NCBI GenBank assembly: GCA_052139675.1
Contig: JBKQWE010000033.1
Location: forward strand, 12,122 to 76,121
Reading direction: 5' to 3'
DNA: 64,000 nt
Source: Candidatus Brocadiia bacterium
GTDB lineage: Bacteria > Planctomycetota > Brocadiia > CAIUPP01
Part shown: in pieces, positions 18,314 through 28,530 of the stretch
Layout of the letters: each line of letters opens with the position of its first letter
Numbering within the stretch: the first letter of the stretch is position 1
Made by a program: the position numbers and the translations under genes
Notes under the pieces: generated by a model
What the model saw: the letters and a program-made list of their open reading frames with translations, nothing else
The model's database searches: none
Told to the model about the DNA's origin: nothing

Positions 18314-19846
18314 ATGGCCGTTCAGATGCGGCGGATCGGATTGGCTCGGACGGCGGTGCTGTTGCTCCTTCTGATCAGCGTCTCGGCGGCTGCCGATACG
18401 CTTACGCTCAAGCCTTCCGGCAAGCCGCGCCCTTTGCAAGGCCCCATTTTCGGGGCTTCGACGACGGCGTTTTACGAACGGCTCCTGGAGGACCCGGCCA
18501 AGGTCGCCGTGCTGAAAACGATGGAGATAGGCCTGCTGCGTTTCCCCGGCGGCTCAGACTCCAACTTCTACAACTGGCGCACGGGGCTGATCGAGATCCA
18601 GGAGAAGCCGGACAGTTCGGCCTACGTGCAGTTCTGGGTTAAAGCCGCGGCCAACATCGCGCGCGGCAAGCCGAAGGGGGTGAGCTTTGAGCAGTTCGAG
18701 CCCTTCGCGCGGGAGATCGGAGCGCAGGTCGTTTTCGTCCCGAACCTGGAATCCTCCAGCGTCGAGGACCAGGTGGCATGGTTCAAGCGCCTCGCCGGCG
18801 AGGGCATCGTGCCGCAGCGGATCGAATTGGGAAATGAGTTCTGGGTCGCGATGGGCAACGATCCGACGAGCCTGGCGCACTGGCCCGATGAGCCGACCAG
18901 CATGCAGATCATGAAACAATATCTGGATGCGATCAAGCCCAGCTTGCCGGCCAATGTCAAGGTGGCCGTGCAGGCGGCCGCCGGCGCCATTGACGTGCGA
19001 AGGGGCCGATTCGGACAACGGCTTCGGAAATGGGATGACGACCTGCGGCCGGAACCCTGGTTCGACGCCGTCACGCTGCATCTCTATCCGCGTCTGCGCG
19101 AGGTGATGGGCGATCCCGAGGCCGGGGCGACGCCGCCGACGGAGGAGAACGCGGCGCAGCGCCTCAACGCCATGATGGCCCGCGTGGACGAAGGAGTGGA
19201 CCGCATCCTCCAGGACTTCGAACGCCGTTTGCCCGGCAAGGAACTCTGGATTACGGAATGGAACACGCGCGGCGCCAATCCGGTGGCCGACCGCGGCGAC
19301 GCCGGAGAGCCGATGTCGCCCGCGATGGAAATGCTGACCACGACGCGCATGGCCCTGGTTCAGCTCCGCCATCCCTCGGTGACGGCCTCGCTCTTGTTCA
19401 TGTACAGCTTCAGGCCGAAAGATTCCCACGCGATGTTCGTGCCGGACGGCCAAAGAAGCTACGCCCCGGTTCCCACGGCTGCCGCGTTCCGCTGGTTGAG
19501 CGAGGCGGCCAATCGGAGCAGCTCTTTCCAGCGCCTGGTCCAGGCGGACGAACGCTCGGTCGCGGGCGGCGGAGCGAAGACTGAATATTTTATTCCGGTC
19601 GAGGCGGGACTGTTCGAGTCGCCCGCGCGCACGACGCTTCTGCTGGAGAACGCGTCCGCCGCCGATCTTTCCTTCGATCCTTCAACATTATTTCAGGACC
19701 GCAAGCCCGACCGAGTTGAAACCCTCGCCACGTCCGGCCTTCTCGATCTCGATAAAAAAGCCGCAAGGATAGAGGAGCAAAACGCCGCGGGGCCGATCGC
19801 CATAAGACCATTCTCATTGACCCGAATCGTCTGGGATAAAAATTAG
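18314..19846 (+). CDS. secreted glycoside hydrolase, clan GH-A (GH39/GH79/GH30-like)
   Basis: Signal peptide. Acid/base motif IELGNEFW and nucleophile motif LWITEWN spaced as in clan GH-A (beta/alpha)8 enzymes. Confidence 0.55.
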   Translation: MAVQMRRIGLARTAVLLLLLISVSAAADTLTLKPSGKPRPLQGPIFGASTTAFYERLLEDPAKVAVLKTMEIGLLRFPGGSDSNFYNWRTGLIEIQEKPDSSAYVQFWVKAAANIARGKPKGVSFEQFEPFAREIGAQVVFVPNLESSSVEDQVAWFKRLAGEGIVPQRIELGNEFWVAMGNDPTSLAHWPDEPTSMQIMKQYLDAIKPSLPANVKVAVQAAAGAIDVRRGRFGQRLRKWDDDLRPEPWFDAVTLHLYPRLREVMGDPEAGATPPTEENAAQRLNAMMARVDEGVDRILQDFERRLPGKELWITEWNTRGANPVADRGDAGEPMSPAMEMLTTTRMALVQLRHPSVTASLLFMYSFRPKDSHAMFVPDGQRSYAPVPTAAAFRWLSEAANRSSSFQRLVQADERSVAGGGAKTEYFIPVEAGLFESPARTTLLLENASAADLSFDPSTLFQDRKPDRVETLATSGLLDLDKKAARIEEQNAAGPIAIRPFSLTRIVWDKN

Positions 19847-19880
19847 CCTGGTCCAGCGTTCACAACTTGCACCCCAAGTG

Positions 19881-20020
19881 CTTACTTGCGGAAATAGGCG
19901 TCCTATTTCCGCAAGTAAGCATGACCGCGATAAGCCGCGTCGTTGTATTGGGTTATGCGTTCCGTTGGACCGTGTTTAGTTGCGTAAATTGGCGTACCAA
20001 TTTACGCAACTAAACACTAG
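19881..20020. repeat. two-hairpin intergenic repeat element, copy B
   Basis: cttacttgcggaaatag-gcgtc-ctatttccgcaagtaag and gtttagttgcgtaaattgg-cgta-ccaatttacgcaactaaac. Differs from copy A by paired compensatory substitutions in both stems. Confidence 0.75.
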
Positions 20021-20295
20021 TGCGTGTCGAGATTCGACAACATCCCTCTCGGAGTGCGGAAATTCTACACTCGGCATAGCTCATCGTCACCGTCCTAATT
20101 CGCTTTCTAACAACGCTTAAGACTGCCCTCAACTTTCGCCCTGCCCCTGCGCGTCTTTCAGTATTTCCGGCACCCGGTTTGCTCGTAAAGTTGGGGCTTC
20201 AACTCTAATCCCACATACTTTAGAAATGGAAGGGAGATGATTGAAACCGGGAGGATGAAAGGGGTCGGCAGGGTAATGGAGACTGCGAGTTTTTA

Positions 20296-21174
20296 ATGGG
20301 GAGGCTCAGCATGAATGTCCGTCGTTTTACGATAGCCGTATTTGCAGCCGGTCTTTTTCTCTTCGCGCGCGCCGGACTGGCCGTTGACTACACCGTAGAC
20401 GAAACGACCATCGCCGCCTTTGGAGACGTGGGGCAGAACCAGGTCGGGCCGAATGGCACGTCGGGGAATAACTTCTGCGCTCCGACGGCGACGATCAACT
20501 CGTTCACCTGGCTGACAAACGCCTATCCCGGGACGTATGGCGATCTGCTGATGGGCGGACAAGCTACCTGGGTGGCGGCCGGTCAACTGTTGGCGGGCGG
20601 CAACTTCATGCAGACTGATCCGAACACCGGGACCTCGGTGGCCAACTGGATCAACGGCAAGTACAACTATATCCAGACGTACGCGCCGGGCAGCACGATC
20701 TTCCAGGGAATGTCCTCGCTCGGCACCGGCGGCCAGCCTTGGGTGCAGGCCGCGAATCCGACCGCCAACTTCCTGCTGCAGATGTTGCAGTACGGAGAAG
20801 ACGTGGAGATCGGAATTGTCCCTGCGGCGGGCGGCACCGGGCACGTCTTGACTCTCTCGAGCATTGACTGGGATGACGCGAACAATAACAGCATCTTTGA
20901 CGCCGGTGACACGCTCAGCATTGACGGCCTCGACCCCGCGGGCTCCGACGGCCTCGGCACCTCGGCGTCAACATTTGATTTGGACCTGAGTCCTGCCACT
21001 GTGGCGGGCGGTCCCCTCACGGTTTCCGGCGGCGACGGCGGCGTCTACAACGGCTATGCGCTGAAAGTTGCCCTGGCCGAAAGCCCGGTCCCCGAGCCGG
21101 CGACCTTGAGCCTCTTCTTTGCGGGCTGCGGAGCGGCCGCGCTGTTGCGCCGACTTCGACGTCACGCCGCGTGA
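20296..21174 (+). CDS. PEP-CTERM sorting-domain secreted protein
   Basis: Signal peptide. C-terminus VPEPATLSLFFAGCGAAALLRRLRRHAA is a PEP-CTERM (PEP motif, TM helix, Arg cluster). Confidence 0.75.
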   Translation: MGRLSMNVRRFTIAVFAAGLFLFARAGLAVDYTVDETTIAAFGDVGQNQVGPNGTSGNNFCAPTATINSFTWLTNAYPGTYGDLLMGGQATWVAAGQLLAGGNFMQTDPNTGTSVANWINGKYNYIQTYAPGSTIFQGMSSLGTGGQPWVQAANPTANFLLQMLQYGEDVEIGIVPAAGGTGHVLTLSSIDWDDANNNSIFDAGDTLSIDGLDPAGSDGLGTSASTFDLDLSPATVAGGPLTVSGGDGGVYNGYALKVALAESPVPEPATLSLFFAGCGAAALLRRLRRHAA

Positions 21175-21455
21175 AAGCCGGATACGGAAACTGATTTCGC
21201 CGCGGAGACCGCCTTTTCAATGACGGTTGGCTGGCGCTCTCCGCGGCGAATCCGCCTTAATAGCTGCCCGCAGCACAAGGACGTCCCTCAACAGCCTCTC
21301 CAGCCCTATCATGCAGTTGCGCCTCCTGCGCCTCTTTGCGGCCATCCGTCCTCTTGGCTGCGGCCGCGCGCAAGAAAGCGCCGTTGCACGCGCGGGGTAT
21401 CTTAGCCGATAATACGGAAGTCACGTGCGGAATTGACAATGGGTGATGAGCGCCG

Positions 21456-23465
21456 ATGAGAAACTCACTTCGCGCCGCCTGGGTCCTTGCCCTGGCGCTG
21501 GCGGTCCTCGTTCGTCCCGCCTCGGCCGAGACGCGCAACTGCACGGTCTTCCGCGCGAAGATGCCGCCCCGGCTCGACGCGTCTTTCGATGACGAGTGCT
21601 GGCGCGGCGTGCCGTGGCAGACCGGGTTCACGTACTTCGGCGGCGCCGAGGTCGGGCCGCTGTTCCAGACGCAGTTCGCCATGCTCTGGGACGACCAGTG
21701 CCTCTATCTTGCCGTCCGCGCGCTCGAGCCGGAGCCGGCCGGGCTGGTGGCGCGCGCGCCGCGCGGCAGCAACGACCTGTTCCGCGACGACCACATCGAG
21801 ATCTTCCTGTCGCCCGGGACGGACCGCTCCGACTGGCGCCAATTCCTCGTGAATCCGCTCGGACAAGCGCTGGAGTTCACCTACGCGCAGAAGAAAGCTG
21901 CGGGCCGCCAGGTGATGCCCGACACGCCGCCCTGGCGCTGCGCCTGCGCCACCCGGACCGCCTGTTGGGAGCTCGCCCTGGCGATACCGCTCGCGGAACT
22001 GAAGATCGAGCCGCGCGAGGGAGCGGCGTTTACCGGCAACGTCACCCGCGCGCGCGCGGTCGAACAGCCGGAACTCTATCGCACGGCGTGGGCGACGCTG
22101 TTGAAGGGGGCCGACGAGTCGGAGGCGTTCGTCGCATTCCGGCTCGGCGGCTTGCCGCCGCCCGAAGTGGCGGGCTGGTCGCTGGCGGTTAATCCGACCC
22201 GCGACCGCGTCACGACCGTGCCGGGAGACCGGTTCACCGGCACGGTGCTCGGCCTGGGCGACGACGGCTGGCTGCATATGCGATGCCCCGAATTCCCCAA
22301 TGAAGTCCGCGTGCGCGCCTCCGCCCTGGACCGCATCGAGCTGACGACCGCCGGCCCGCCGGGAGCGGGCGATCGGATCGCCCTGGCGAACGGCGACTAC
22401 GTCCTGGGCGAGGTCCGCACCATCGGCCCGGACCAGACGGTCGTCGCCAGCGAGGCGCTCGGCGAACTGACGCTTCCGACGCCGCGCCTGTCGGAAGTCC
22501 GCTTCAGCGCGGCGGCGCAGCCGTTTCTCGACACGTCATTCGATGCGGGCGGCCTGGGCTCGTGGATGGCCGTCCGCGGCAAGTGGAATTTCGAGGGCGC
22601 GCAGTTGGCCTCGCCGGGCGATGCGACCGACGGCAGCATCCTCGCGGCCATTCTGCCGCAGGACGGCCCGGTGACGTTCGAGGCCGATGTCGAGGCGTCG
22701 GAAGACGGGCCGCTCGACTGCGAGATGATCCTCTTCGCCAGCGAAACCGGATGGATGGGCGAACGGCCTCCCGCCGTTTACGGCCCGGCCGCCGCGCCGA
22801 GCCAGAGGAGCGGCGTGCTGTTCGCATTCCGGAGCAGCGGCAACGAAAGCGTCGGCGTCTCGAAGGGAGCGCCGGCGGCGAGACGCGACTGGGCGCAGGC
22901 GCTGCGGTTCCCCCAGCAGCGCGTGCGCAGCGTCCGGCTCCGGTGTTCATACGACCCGAAAGACGGCACGGTCCGCGCGTGGAAGGACGACCAGGCGCAG
23001 GGCCCGATCACATCAGGCCGTCCCGGGCCGAAGGACGGCCGGTACGTCGTCTTCGTCGGGTTCGCGCCGGTCTCGATCAAGCGCCTGCGCGTGCTGCCGG
23101 GCGTCGTGCCTCCGGGCGCCGCGCCGGAACCGGCGGCCGGATCGGTCCGGGTCACGATGACGAACGGCAACGCGATCACCGGACAATCCGTGACGTTCGA
23201 GGACGGACTGTTTTCGCTCCAGACCGGCCATGACCAGATGCAGCCTGACCCGGCGCAGGTCGCGTCCATCCGGTTCCCCGCGCCGACCGCCAAACCGCCC
23301 GCGCCCGAGGCGGCCGTCCGCGTCGTCACCAGCGAGGGCCGGTTTACGCTGCGCTCCTGCACCCTCTCGGCGGACCGGCTCATGGGGCAATCGGAGTTCC
23401 TCGGCGCGGTCTCCATCCCGCGCGACCGCGTCCGTTCGATCCTCTTCCTGCGCCCGCCGCAGTGA
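21456..23465 (+). CDS. secreted hypothetical protein with N-terminal CBM9/DOMON-like carbohydrate-binding module
   Basis: Signal peptide MRNSLRAAWVLALALAVLVRPASA. N-terminal LDASFDDECW..W..FTYF pattern resembling CBM9-like modules. The rest is unassigned. Confidence 0.45.
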   Translation: MRNSLRAAWVLALALAVLVRPASAETRNCTVFRAKMPPRLDASFDDECWRGVPWQTGFTYFGGAEVGPLFQTQFAMLWDDQCLYLAVRALEPEPAGLVARAPRGSNDLFRDDHIEIFLSPGTDRSDWRQFLVNPLGQALEFTYAQKKAAGRQVMPDTPPWRCACATRTACWELALAIPLAELKIEPREGAAFTGNVTRARAVEQPELYRTAWATLLKGADESEAFVAFRLGGLPPPEVAGWSLAVNPTRDRVTTVPGDRFTGTVLGLGDDGWLHMRCPEFPNEVRVRASALDRIELTTAGPPGAGDRIALANGDYVLGEVRTIGPDQTVVASEALGELTLPTPRLSEVRFSAAAQPFLDTSFDAGGLGSWMAVRGKWNFEGAQLASPGDATDGSILAAILPQDGPVTFEADVEASEDGPLDCEMILFASETGWMGERPPAVYGPAAAPSQRSGVLFAFRSSGNESVGVSKGAPAARRDWAQALRFPQQRVRSVRLRCSYDPKDGTVRAWKDDQAQGPITSGRPGPKDGRYVVFVGFAPVSIKRLRVLPGVVPPGAAPEPAAGSVRVTMTNGNAITGQSVTFEDGLFSLQTGHDQMQPDPAQVASIRFPAPTAKPPAPEAAVRVVTSEGRFTLRSCTLSADRLMGQSEFLGAVSIPRDRVRSILFLRPPQ

Positions 23466-23493
23466 CCGCCGCCCCGTTCTCGGCCAACTTTCT

Positions 23494-24648
23494 CTAGTGC
23501 GGCGCCGGCTGGAATCGGCGGTCAATGATGTCGCCGTATTTGTCCGTCAGGACCACTTTCGAAAAATCCGGGTCCTTCAGCAGCATCACGATGTTCTGCC
23601 CGTAGCGCTCCTTGACCGTGCGCAGGTCGGCGGCGGCGCCGTCGAGATCGCCCTCGCGGATTCGGAGCCGCGCGCGCTGCAGAAGGGCGTGGCGGCTGAA
23701 GGGACTCAGCTTGAAGGCTCGGTCGAGCGTCGCCTTCGCCTCGGCGGTCTTGCCGGCCAGCATCTGCGCGTTGGCCAGTTGGGCCAGGAGCCAGTCGTCC
23801 TCGGGCAGGCCGTCGAGCACGATCTGAAGCTGCGCGAGCGCCTCGTCGTAGCGCTGCTCATCGAGGGCCGTCGCCGCCAGTTGGTAGTGCGCGAACAGCA
23901 CCGCCTGGCCGCGCGCGAGCATGTCGCGATACAGCGCCTTCGCGTCGTCGTACTTCTTCATCGAGCCCAGGGCGCGGGCCAGCGTCAAGCGGAAGACCAT
24001 GTCCTCGGGCGACTCCTTCAGCGCCTCGCGCGCGGCCTTCTCCGCCTCGAAGTGCGACCCGCGCATCATCTGCACGATCATCGCGTGCTTGCGCTCCTTT
24101 TTCTCCTTATCCTCCGCCGACTCCGGCCAGTGCGCAGGCATCAGGGCCGCCGCCGTGGAGACGATGTCCGGCCCGGTCAGCGGCGTCTCGATGTTGACCA
24201 GCCGCGGCCCTTCTGGAGCGGCCCGATAGCGGAAGAGCTGGAAGACGGTGACCTGCACCTTCTCCGCGTTCCTGGAATCGAAGCGCACGGGCACGACGAG
24301 GGAGCCTTTCTCATCGCGCGGCGGCGGCAGGAAGCGCTCGGCGTCCGCGGCATAGGACCAGATCGAGGGGACGCTCTTCGCGATCGTTTCCATGAATTCC
24401 GCGGCGATCCGCTCCCGTTCTTTCGGATCGGCCGGGTAGCCTGCGGGCATGCGCTGGATCAGTTCGCCGGGGATGTCGCCGGTGCGGATCAGTTCCAGGA
24501 CCGGCTCGAAGTCCTTGTGCGACATGGCCTCGCAGGCCTCGGCGGTGAGTTTCCGCGCGGCGTCGAGGTCAGCCTGAGCGCCGAGAGCGCACATGGGCGG
24601 CATCGCGGCCATCAGCGCCGTCAGAACCAGCAGATGCCGGAGGCGCAT
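23494..24648 (-). CDS. secreted tetratricopeptide-repeat protein
   Basis: Signal peptide. C-terminal half has TPR-like helical repeats (YDDAKALYRDMLARGQ..., YDEALAQLQIVLDG...). Confidence 0.55.
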   Translation of the reverse strand: MRLRHLLVLTALMAAMPPMCALGAQADLDAARKLTAEACEAMSHKDFEPVLELIRTGDIPGELIQRMPAGYPADPKERERIAAEFMETIAKSVPSIWSYAADAERFLPPPRDEKGSLVVPVRFDSRNAEKVQVTVFQLFRYRAAPEGPRLVNIETPLTGPDIVSTAAALMPAHWPESAEDKEKKERKHAMIVQMMRGSHFEAEKAAREALKESPEDMVFRLTLARALGSMKKYDDAKALYRDMLARGQAVLFAHYQLAATALDEQRYDEALAQLQIVLDGLPEDDWLLAQLANAQMLAGKTAEAKATLDRAFKLSPFSRHALLQRARLRIREGDLDGAAADLRTVKERYGQNIVMLLKDPDFSKVVLTDKYGDIIDRRFQPAPH

Positions 24649-24665
24649 GTTTTCTCCTCGCGGGT

Positions 24666-27290
24666 TTACCTGGCCAGCTCAATCTCATACCACAGCGTTT
24701 TGAACTCGGGCCCGATCACCATCGTCGCGTTGCCGGCGGCGGCCTTGACCGGGACCTCTTCGCCGCGCTGTCCCCGGCCGTCCAGCGCCCAGGCGCGCAT
24801 CGTCGCACCGGCTTCGAGCGGCAGCGAGATCGTGGCCGGAATGCCCTCGACCAGCGCCGGCGCATGGCCCCAATCCTTGCCGACGGAATCATGCTTGGCG
24901 TCCTTCCAGATCATGCCGGTATTCTGCACGTAGCCGGTGGCGCTGACGAGGATGCGCGCAGGCGCCTTGAAGCCCTCGCCGTCGAGGACTGTCAGCGTGA
25001 TGGCCGACCAGCCCTGCAGGGTCTTGCCGGGCGTGACCTCGACGCTGTCGCCCAGGTCGCAGGCGGTCTCGTCCGCAGCGCCGATCAGCCCTTTGCTGCG
25101 AGGCGCCTTCACCAGCACGAAGCCCTTCTTCTCTGCCGCCGCCGGCCCCCAGAAGAGTTCGCCGGTGACGCTGGGAATCGGGCTTTCCGCGGCCGGTTTG
25201 CGCGCGGGCGCAGCAGGCCCGGTATCGGGCGCAAGAGCAAGCTCGACGCGCCCCTTGAAAACGGCCGCCGGATCCGCGCCGAGCTGCTCGGCGGTCGGCA
25301 GGTCGTTGAATTTCCGGATCACTTCGATGCAACTTTCCACGGTGTAAGGCACAACGGTCGGCTTGTCTGCCGTTCGGACGTCGGCACGCTCAAAGAGGGC
25401 CGCCGCGGCGGGCAGCGCGGCCATCTTCGTCGGATGCTCGGCGATGTCGAAGAAATTCGCGAAGGTGCCGCGGTTCCAGTCGGCGCCGTGCGAATAGGCG
25501 AACGCGAAAATCCCGTCGAGATCGTGCAGCGCCGCATAGGCGCCGAGCAGCAGAAACGCCTCCGACGAGTAGGTGTTCGGCGCGGGGTGATTGTATTCGG
25601 TGCAGACCAGCGGCTTGCCGGCCGCGCGCGTGAGCAGCATGCGCAGCGTGCCGCCGTCCGGCACGCCGGCCATCGGGACGTTATGCACGATCCAGTCCAC
25701 CGGGTCCCACGGCCTTCCGGGGAAGTACGGGTGCTGCCAATAGTTATGGCAGTCGGTGACGTCCATCTCCGCCTGGATCGCGAACGGGCTGTAGCTGCAT
25801 GCCGTGCCAACCACGAGCGAGCCGCAGTGGAGGTCCTTGCGGATGAACCGGCGCATGCCGGTCCAGTAGCGCTCCTCGGTCTCCCACATGAACCGGATCC
25901 AGTCGCGCTGGACGGCGGGAGCGCGGCCGGCGAACTCCTTCTTCCGCAGCGGGGCGACGGAGCCGAGCTCTTCGCCTGCGCGGAGGCCGGCGACGCCGCC
26001 CGCGCGGAACGACACGGCCGCGAACTCGCACACGTCGCCCGCACGGCCGAGGTCCGAGAAAACCACGCGCGCGTTCTCGTCCGTCTCGGGGGCGACAAAG
26101 GCCAGGCTGAACGTGCGCCATTCTTTGCCGAGCGCAGCCTGCGTGGACGCCACGGCATTCCAGGGATCGTGCGCTTGTCCGAACACTGCCGTGATGGCGC
26201 GCGGCCGCTCGCTGCGCGCCAGGAAGCTGAGCGTATAGGTCGAGCCGGCTTTCACCGTGAGGCCGGGCTGGCCGAATTGGACATGCCAGCCTTCCTGCCC
26301 CGGCCGCTGCACGGCCAGCCGCAGCACCGGCCCGCCGCCCGGTCCGTCTTTGGCGGGCTCCGCGGTCGCCTTGGCCCCGTCGTGCTGTTCCAGCACCCAT
26401 CCGTCCGCCCCGTTCGCGAAATCGGCGTTCGAGAGCATTTCCGTGGCGCTCAGCGGCTGGTCCGCGGCGTTCCACACGGCCCTGAGCGCGGCGGCGCCGG
26501 CATAGCGCCCCTTGAGCCAGTCGTTCCATTGCCGGGCCAGCTCGCTCTCATAAAACGGCGGCAGCGCGTCCAGGTTGCCCCAGAGCCACTCGCGGATCAG
26601 GCCGTCCTCATTGCTGATCTCGATGAGCGCGACCGCCGGTTCGTCCGCGTAGCTCTTGCCGGTGTAGGGATTGACGTGCGTGAGCAGGTCGCGCGCGTAT
26701 TCGTGCTGCATTTCGATCATTTGCGGCACGAAGTGGTCCAACGCCTTATCGAAGCTGATACCGCTCGCCGGCAGGCCCGGGAAATTGCGCCCCACGTGCA
26801 GGTTCAGGTCCGCGTAAATGCCGTTCGCCTTCAGCCGGGATATGAGGTAGTCGAGCCGCTCCAGTTGCGCCGGGTCAATCGTGCGACGGTCGTCCTTGAG
26901 CAGCCCTTGCGGCGAGGCGTTGGTGTCCATGTGGTGAAAGCGGACGCAGTTGATCCCGAAGCGCGCCATGCGCGGCGCGATCTGGTCGGCGTCCTCGTGC
27001 TTGGGGAAGTTGGCCTCGAAGCAGAGATTGACGCCCAGGAGCCGGATGCGCCGGTCGCCGGCCCGCAGATGGCCGTCCTTCGCGGCGATGAAGCCGGATT
27101 TCCCGGCGGGCTTTTCGAGCCAGCCGCTGAGGTTGGTCAGGCCCGGCGAAACGTCGTTCCATGGAAGCGTGAAGGGAACCAGCGGCGGCGCGGATGCAGG
27201 GACGTTCTCCGCGGCGCGCAGTCCGGCGGCCCCGCAAAAACCCAGCATCAGCGCCGCGCAACTATGAAGAGACGGGGAACGCCGAACCAT
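24666..27290 (-). CDS. secreted glycoside hydrolase, GH5-like clan GH-A catalytic domain plus galactose-binding-like CBM
   Basis: Signal peptide. N-terminal (beta/alpha)8-like region (RLLGVNLCFEA, GINCVRFHHMD), candidate acid/base IEISNED and nucleophile VCTEYNHP. Middle CBM4/9/22-like module (NADFANGADGWVLEQHDGAKATAEP). Family assignment tentative. Confidence 0.5.
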   Translation of the reverse strand: MVRRSPSLHSCAALMLGFCGAAGLRAAENVPASAPPLVPFTLPWNDVSPGLTNLSGWLEKPAGKSGFIAAKDGHLRAGDRRIRLLGVNLCFEANFPKHEDADQIAPRMARFGINCVRFHHMDTNASPQGLLKDDRRTIDPAQLERLDYLISRLKANGIYADLNLHVGRNFPGLPASGISFDKALDHFVPQMIEMQHEYARDLLTHVNPYTGKSYADEPAVALIEISNEDGLIREWLWGNLDALPPFYESELARQWNDWLKGRYAGAAALRAVWNAADQPLSATEMLSNADFANGADGWVLEQHDGAKATAEPAKDGPGGGPVLRLAVQRPGQEGWHVQFGQPGLTVKAGSTYTLSFLARSERPRAITAVFGQAHDPWNAVASTQAALGKEWRTFSLAFVAPETDENARVVFSDLGRAGDVCEFAAVSFRAGGVAGLRAGEELGSVAPLRKKEFAGRAPAVQRDWIRFMWETEERYWTGMRRFIRKDLHCGSLVVGTACSYSPFAIQAEMDVTDCHNYWQHPYFPGRPWDPVDWIVHNVPMAGVPDGGTLRMLLTRAAGKPLVCTEYNHPAPNTYSSEAFLLLGAYAALHDLDGIFAFAYSHGADWNRGTFANFFDIAEHPTKMAALPAAAALFERADVRTADKPTVVPYTVESCIEVIRKFNDLPTAEQLGADPAAVFKGRVELALAPDTGPAAPARKPAAESPIPSVTGELFWGPAAAEKKGFVLVKAPRSKGLIGAADETACDLGDSVEVTPGKTLQGWSAITLTVLDGEGFKAPARILVSATGYVQNTGMIWKDAKHDSVGKDWGHAPALVEGIPATISLPLEAGATMRAWALDGRGQRGEEVPVKAAAGNATMVIGPEFKTLWYEIELAR

Positions 27291-27319
27291 CGAAGCACCT
27301 TCCTTTCCGGCGGGCGGCG

Positions 27320-28240
27320 TCAGTTCGGAGCGGCGGCCCCAGGCGCCTGCACGTCGGTCACGTGCGATAAGTTGCTCAGCGTGGCGCCGACGTCAATCGT
27401 CACCTCTTCTCCGGTGGGGTCCGGTCTGCCCTTCATCGTGTAGCCGACATTCGCCGTCTGCGACACCTCGAGCGCCGGCATGGACGCGGCGACCGGCAGC
27501 TTCTCGGAAAATCCGATTTTCAGGAACCCCTTCTCGACTTTCACTTCGCTCGGCACGATGGGAATATACCTGGAGCAGTCCATAGAGCCGCTGATCTGCA
27601 GGCATTCCGTATTGCCGACGCGGACGACTTTCTCAAGGGTGACGGTTCCGCTGAGGTCCGCCGTATTCGCCGTCGCCCGGCGGCGCAGCAGGTCCTTCGC
27701 CATCAAATCGGTGTTGACGTCCCAATGATCGCCCGGCTTCTTCCGCTGGGCCGTGCCGAAAAGCTCGTCGTCCGTCGGCCCGTTGGGGTCCAGCGGAAGG
27801 ATCACCGTAATCGCCTCCTGGGCCGGCAGAGGCAGGCGGTGGCCGTCCATCTCGGAAACCTCGACCTCGTCCTTCATCGAAACCGTAACGACGCTGCCCT
27901 TGCTCACCAATTCCTTCGCGCCGGCATCGTCCGTCCGGGTCAGTTTCTCGATCTGCAGGGAGAGCTTCGACGGCTTTCCCTTGTCATCCACCGCGAGAAC
28001 CGTCACGGCGCAGTCGCATTCCACCGCGAATTTCACGGATTCATTCTGGAGAGTTTTGTCGCCGGACTTGATGACCTGGGTCCGGGAGCTCCGGCCGCTG
28101 GCCGACAGGTGGTATTTCAGCCCGGCGGCTTGCGGGCGATACAGGCGGATCGGGTAGTCCTGCGCCAGAAGCGACGCGCAAGGCCACAGGGCCAGGACAA
28201 GAACCGCCGGCCACGTTATCCCGCCTCGAGAGCGTTTCAT
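27320..28240 (-). CDS. secreted hypothetical protein (306 aa)
   Basis: Start MKRSRGGITWPAVLVLALWPCASLLAQ (signal peptide) with AGGAGG 8 nt upstream. The longer track ORF extends into the AspA-family gene and the repeat element, so was shortened. Confidence 0.5.
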   Translation of the reverse strand: MKRSRGGITWPAVLVLALWPCASLLAQDYPIRLYRPQAAGLKYHLSASGRSSRTQVIKSGDKTLQNESVKFAVECDCAVTVLAVDDKGKPSKLSLQIEKLTRTDDAGAKELVSKGSVVTVSMKDEVEVSEMDGHRLPLPAQEAITVILPLDPNGPTDDELFGTAQRKKPGDHWDVNTDLMAKDLLRRRATANTADLSGTVTLEKVVRVGNTECLQISGSMDCSRYIPIVPSEVKVEKGFLKIGFSEKLPVAASMPALEVSQTANVGYTMKGRPDPTGEEVTIDVGATLSNLSHVTDVQAPGAAAPN

Positions 28241-28370
28241 CGGGTCCGCCTCCTTCCGCCCCGGGCCGGTCTCCGGCCGTTCCAAAGCCGGCGCCCGCGG
28301 GCGCAAACCGCCGGTCATTCTACCATTTCGCTCCCGCTTTTCAATCCTCACCACAACGACCACCGCAGTT

Positions 28371-28518
28371 TCACCACGACGACACAACGAGCACGACGAA
28401 ACTGCTGTTACGGCAATCCGCCGTTTTTGATGTTCGTTGTTTGGCGTTCGTCGTGCTCGTCGTGTCGTCGTGGTGAAAATTCGTGCCGTCGTGGTAAAAA
28501 TTCGTGTTGTGGTGGAAG
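28371..28518. repeat. CACGACG-type long imperfect inverted repeat, copy 1
   Basis: tcaccacgacgacacaacgagcacgacgaa ... ttcgtcgtgctcgtcgtgtcgtcgtggtga (about 29-bp arms, one mismatch, 46-nt loop) followed by degenerate tandem copies (attcgtgccgtcgtgg, ttcgtgttgtggtgg). Loop homologous to copy at 43801..43912. Confidence 0.6.
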
Positions 28519-28530
28519 AGCGCGTTCGTT

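Noticed and set aside
24864-27443. 859-aa plus-strand ORF opposite the GH5-like gene
   Set aside because: Arg/Gly/Ala-rich, no signal or motifs. The minus-strand protein has a signal peptide, CBM and clan GH-A motifs.
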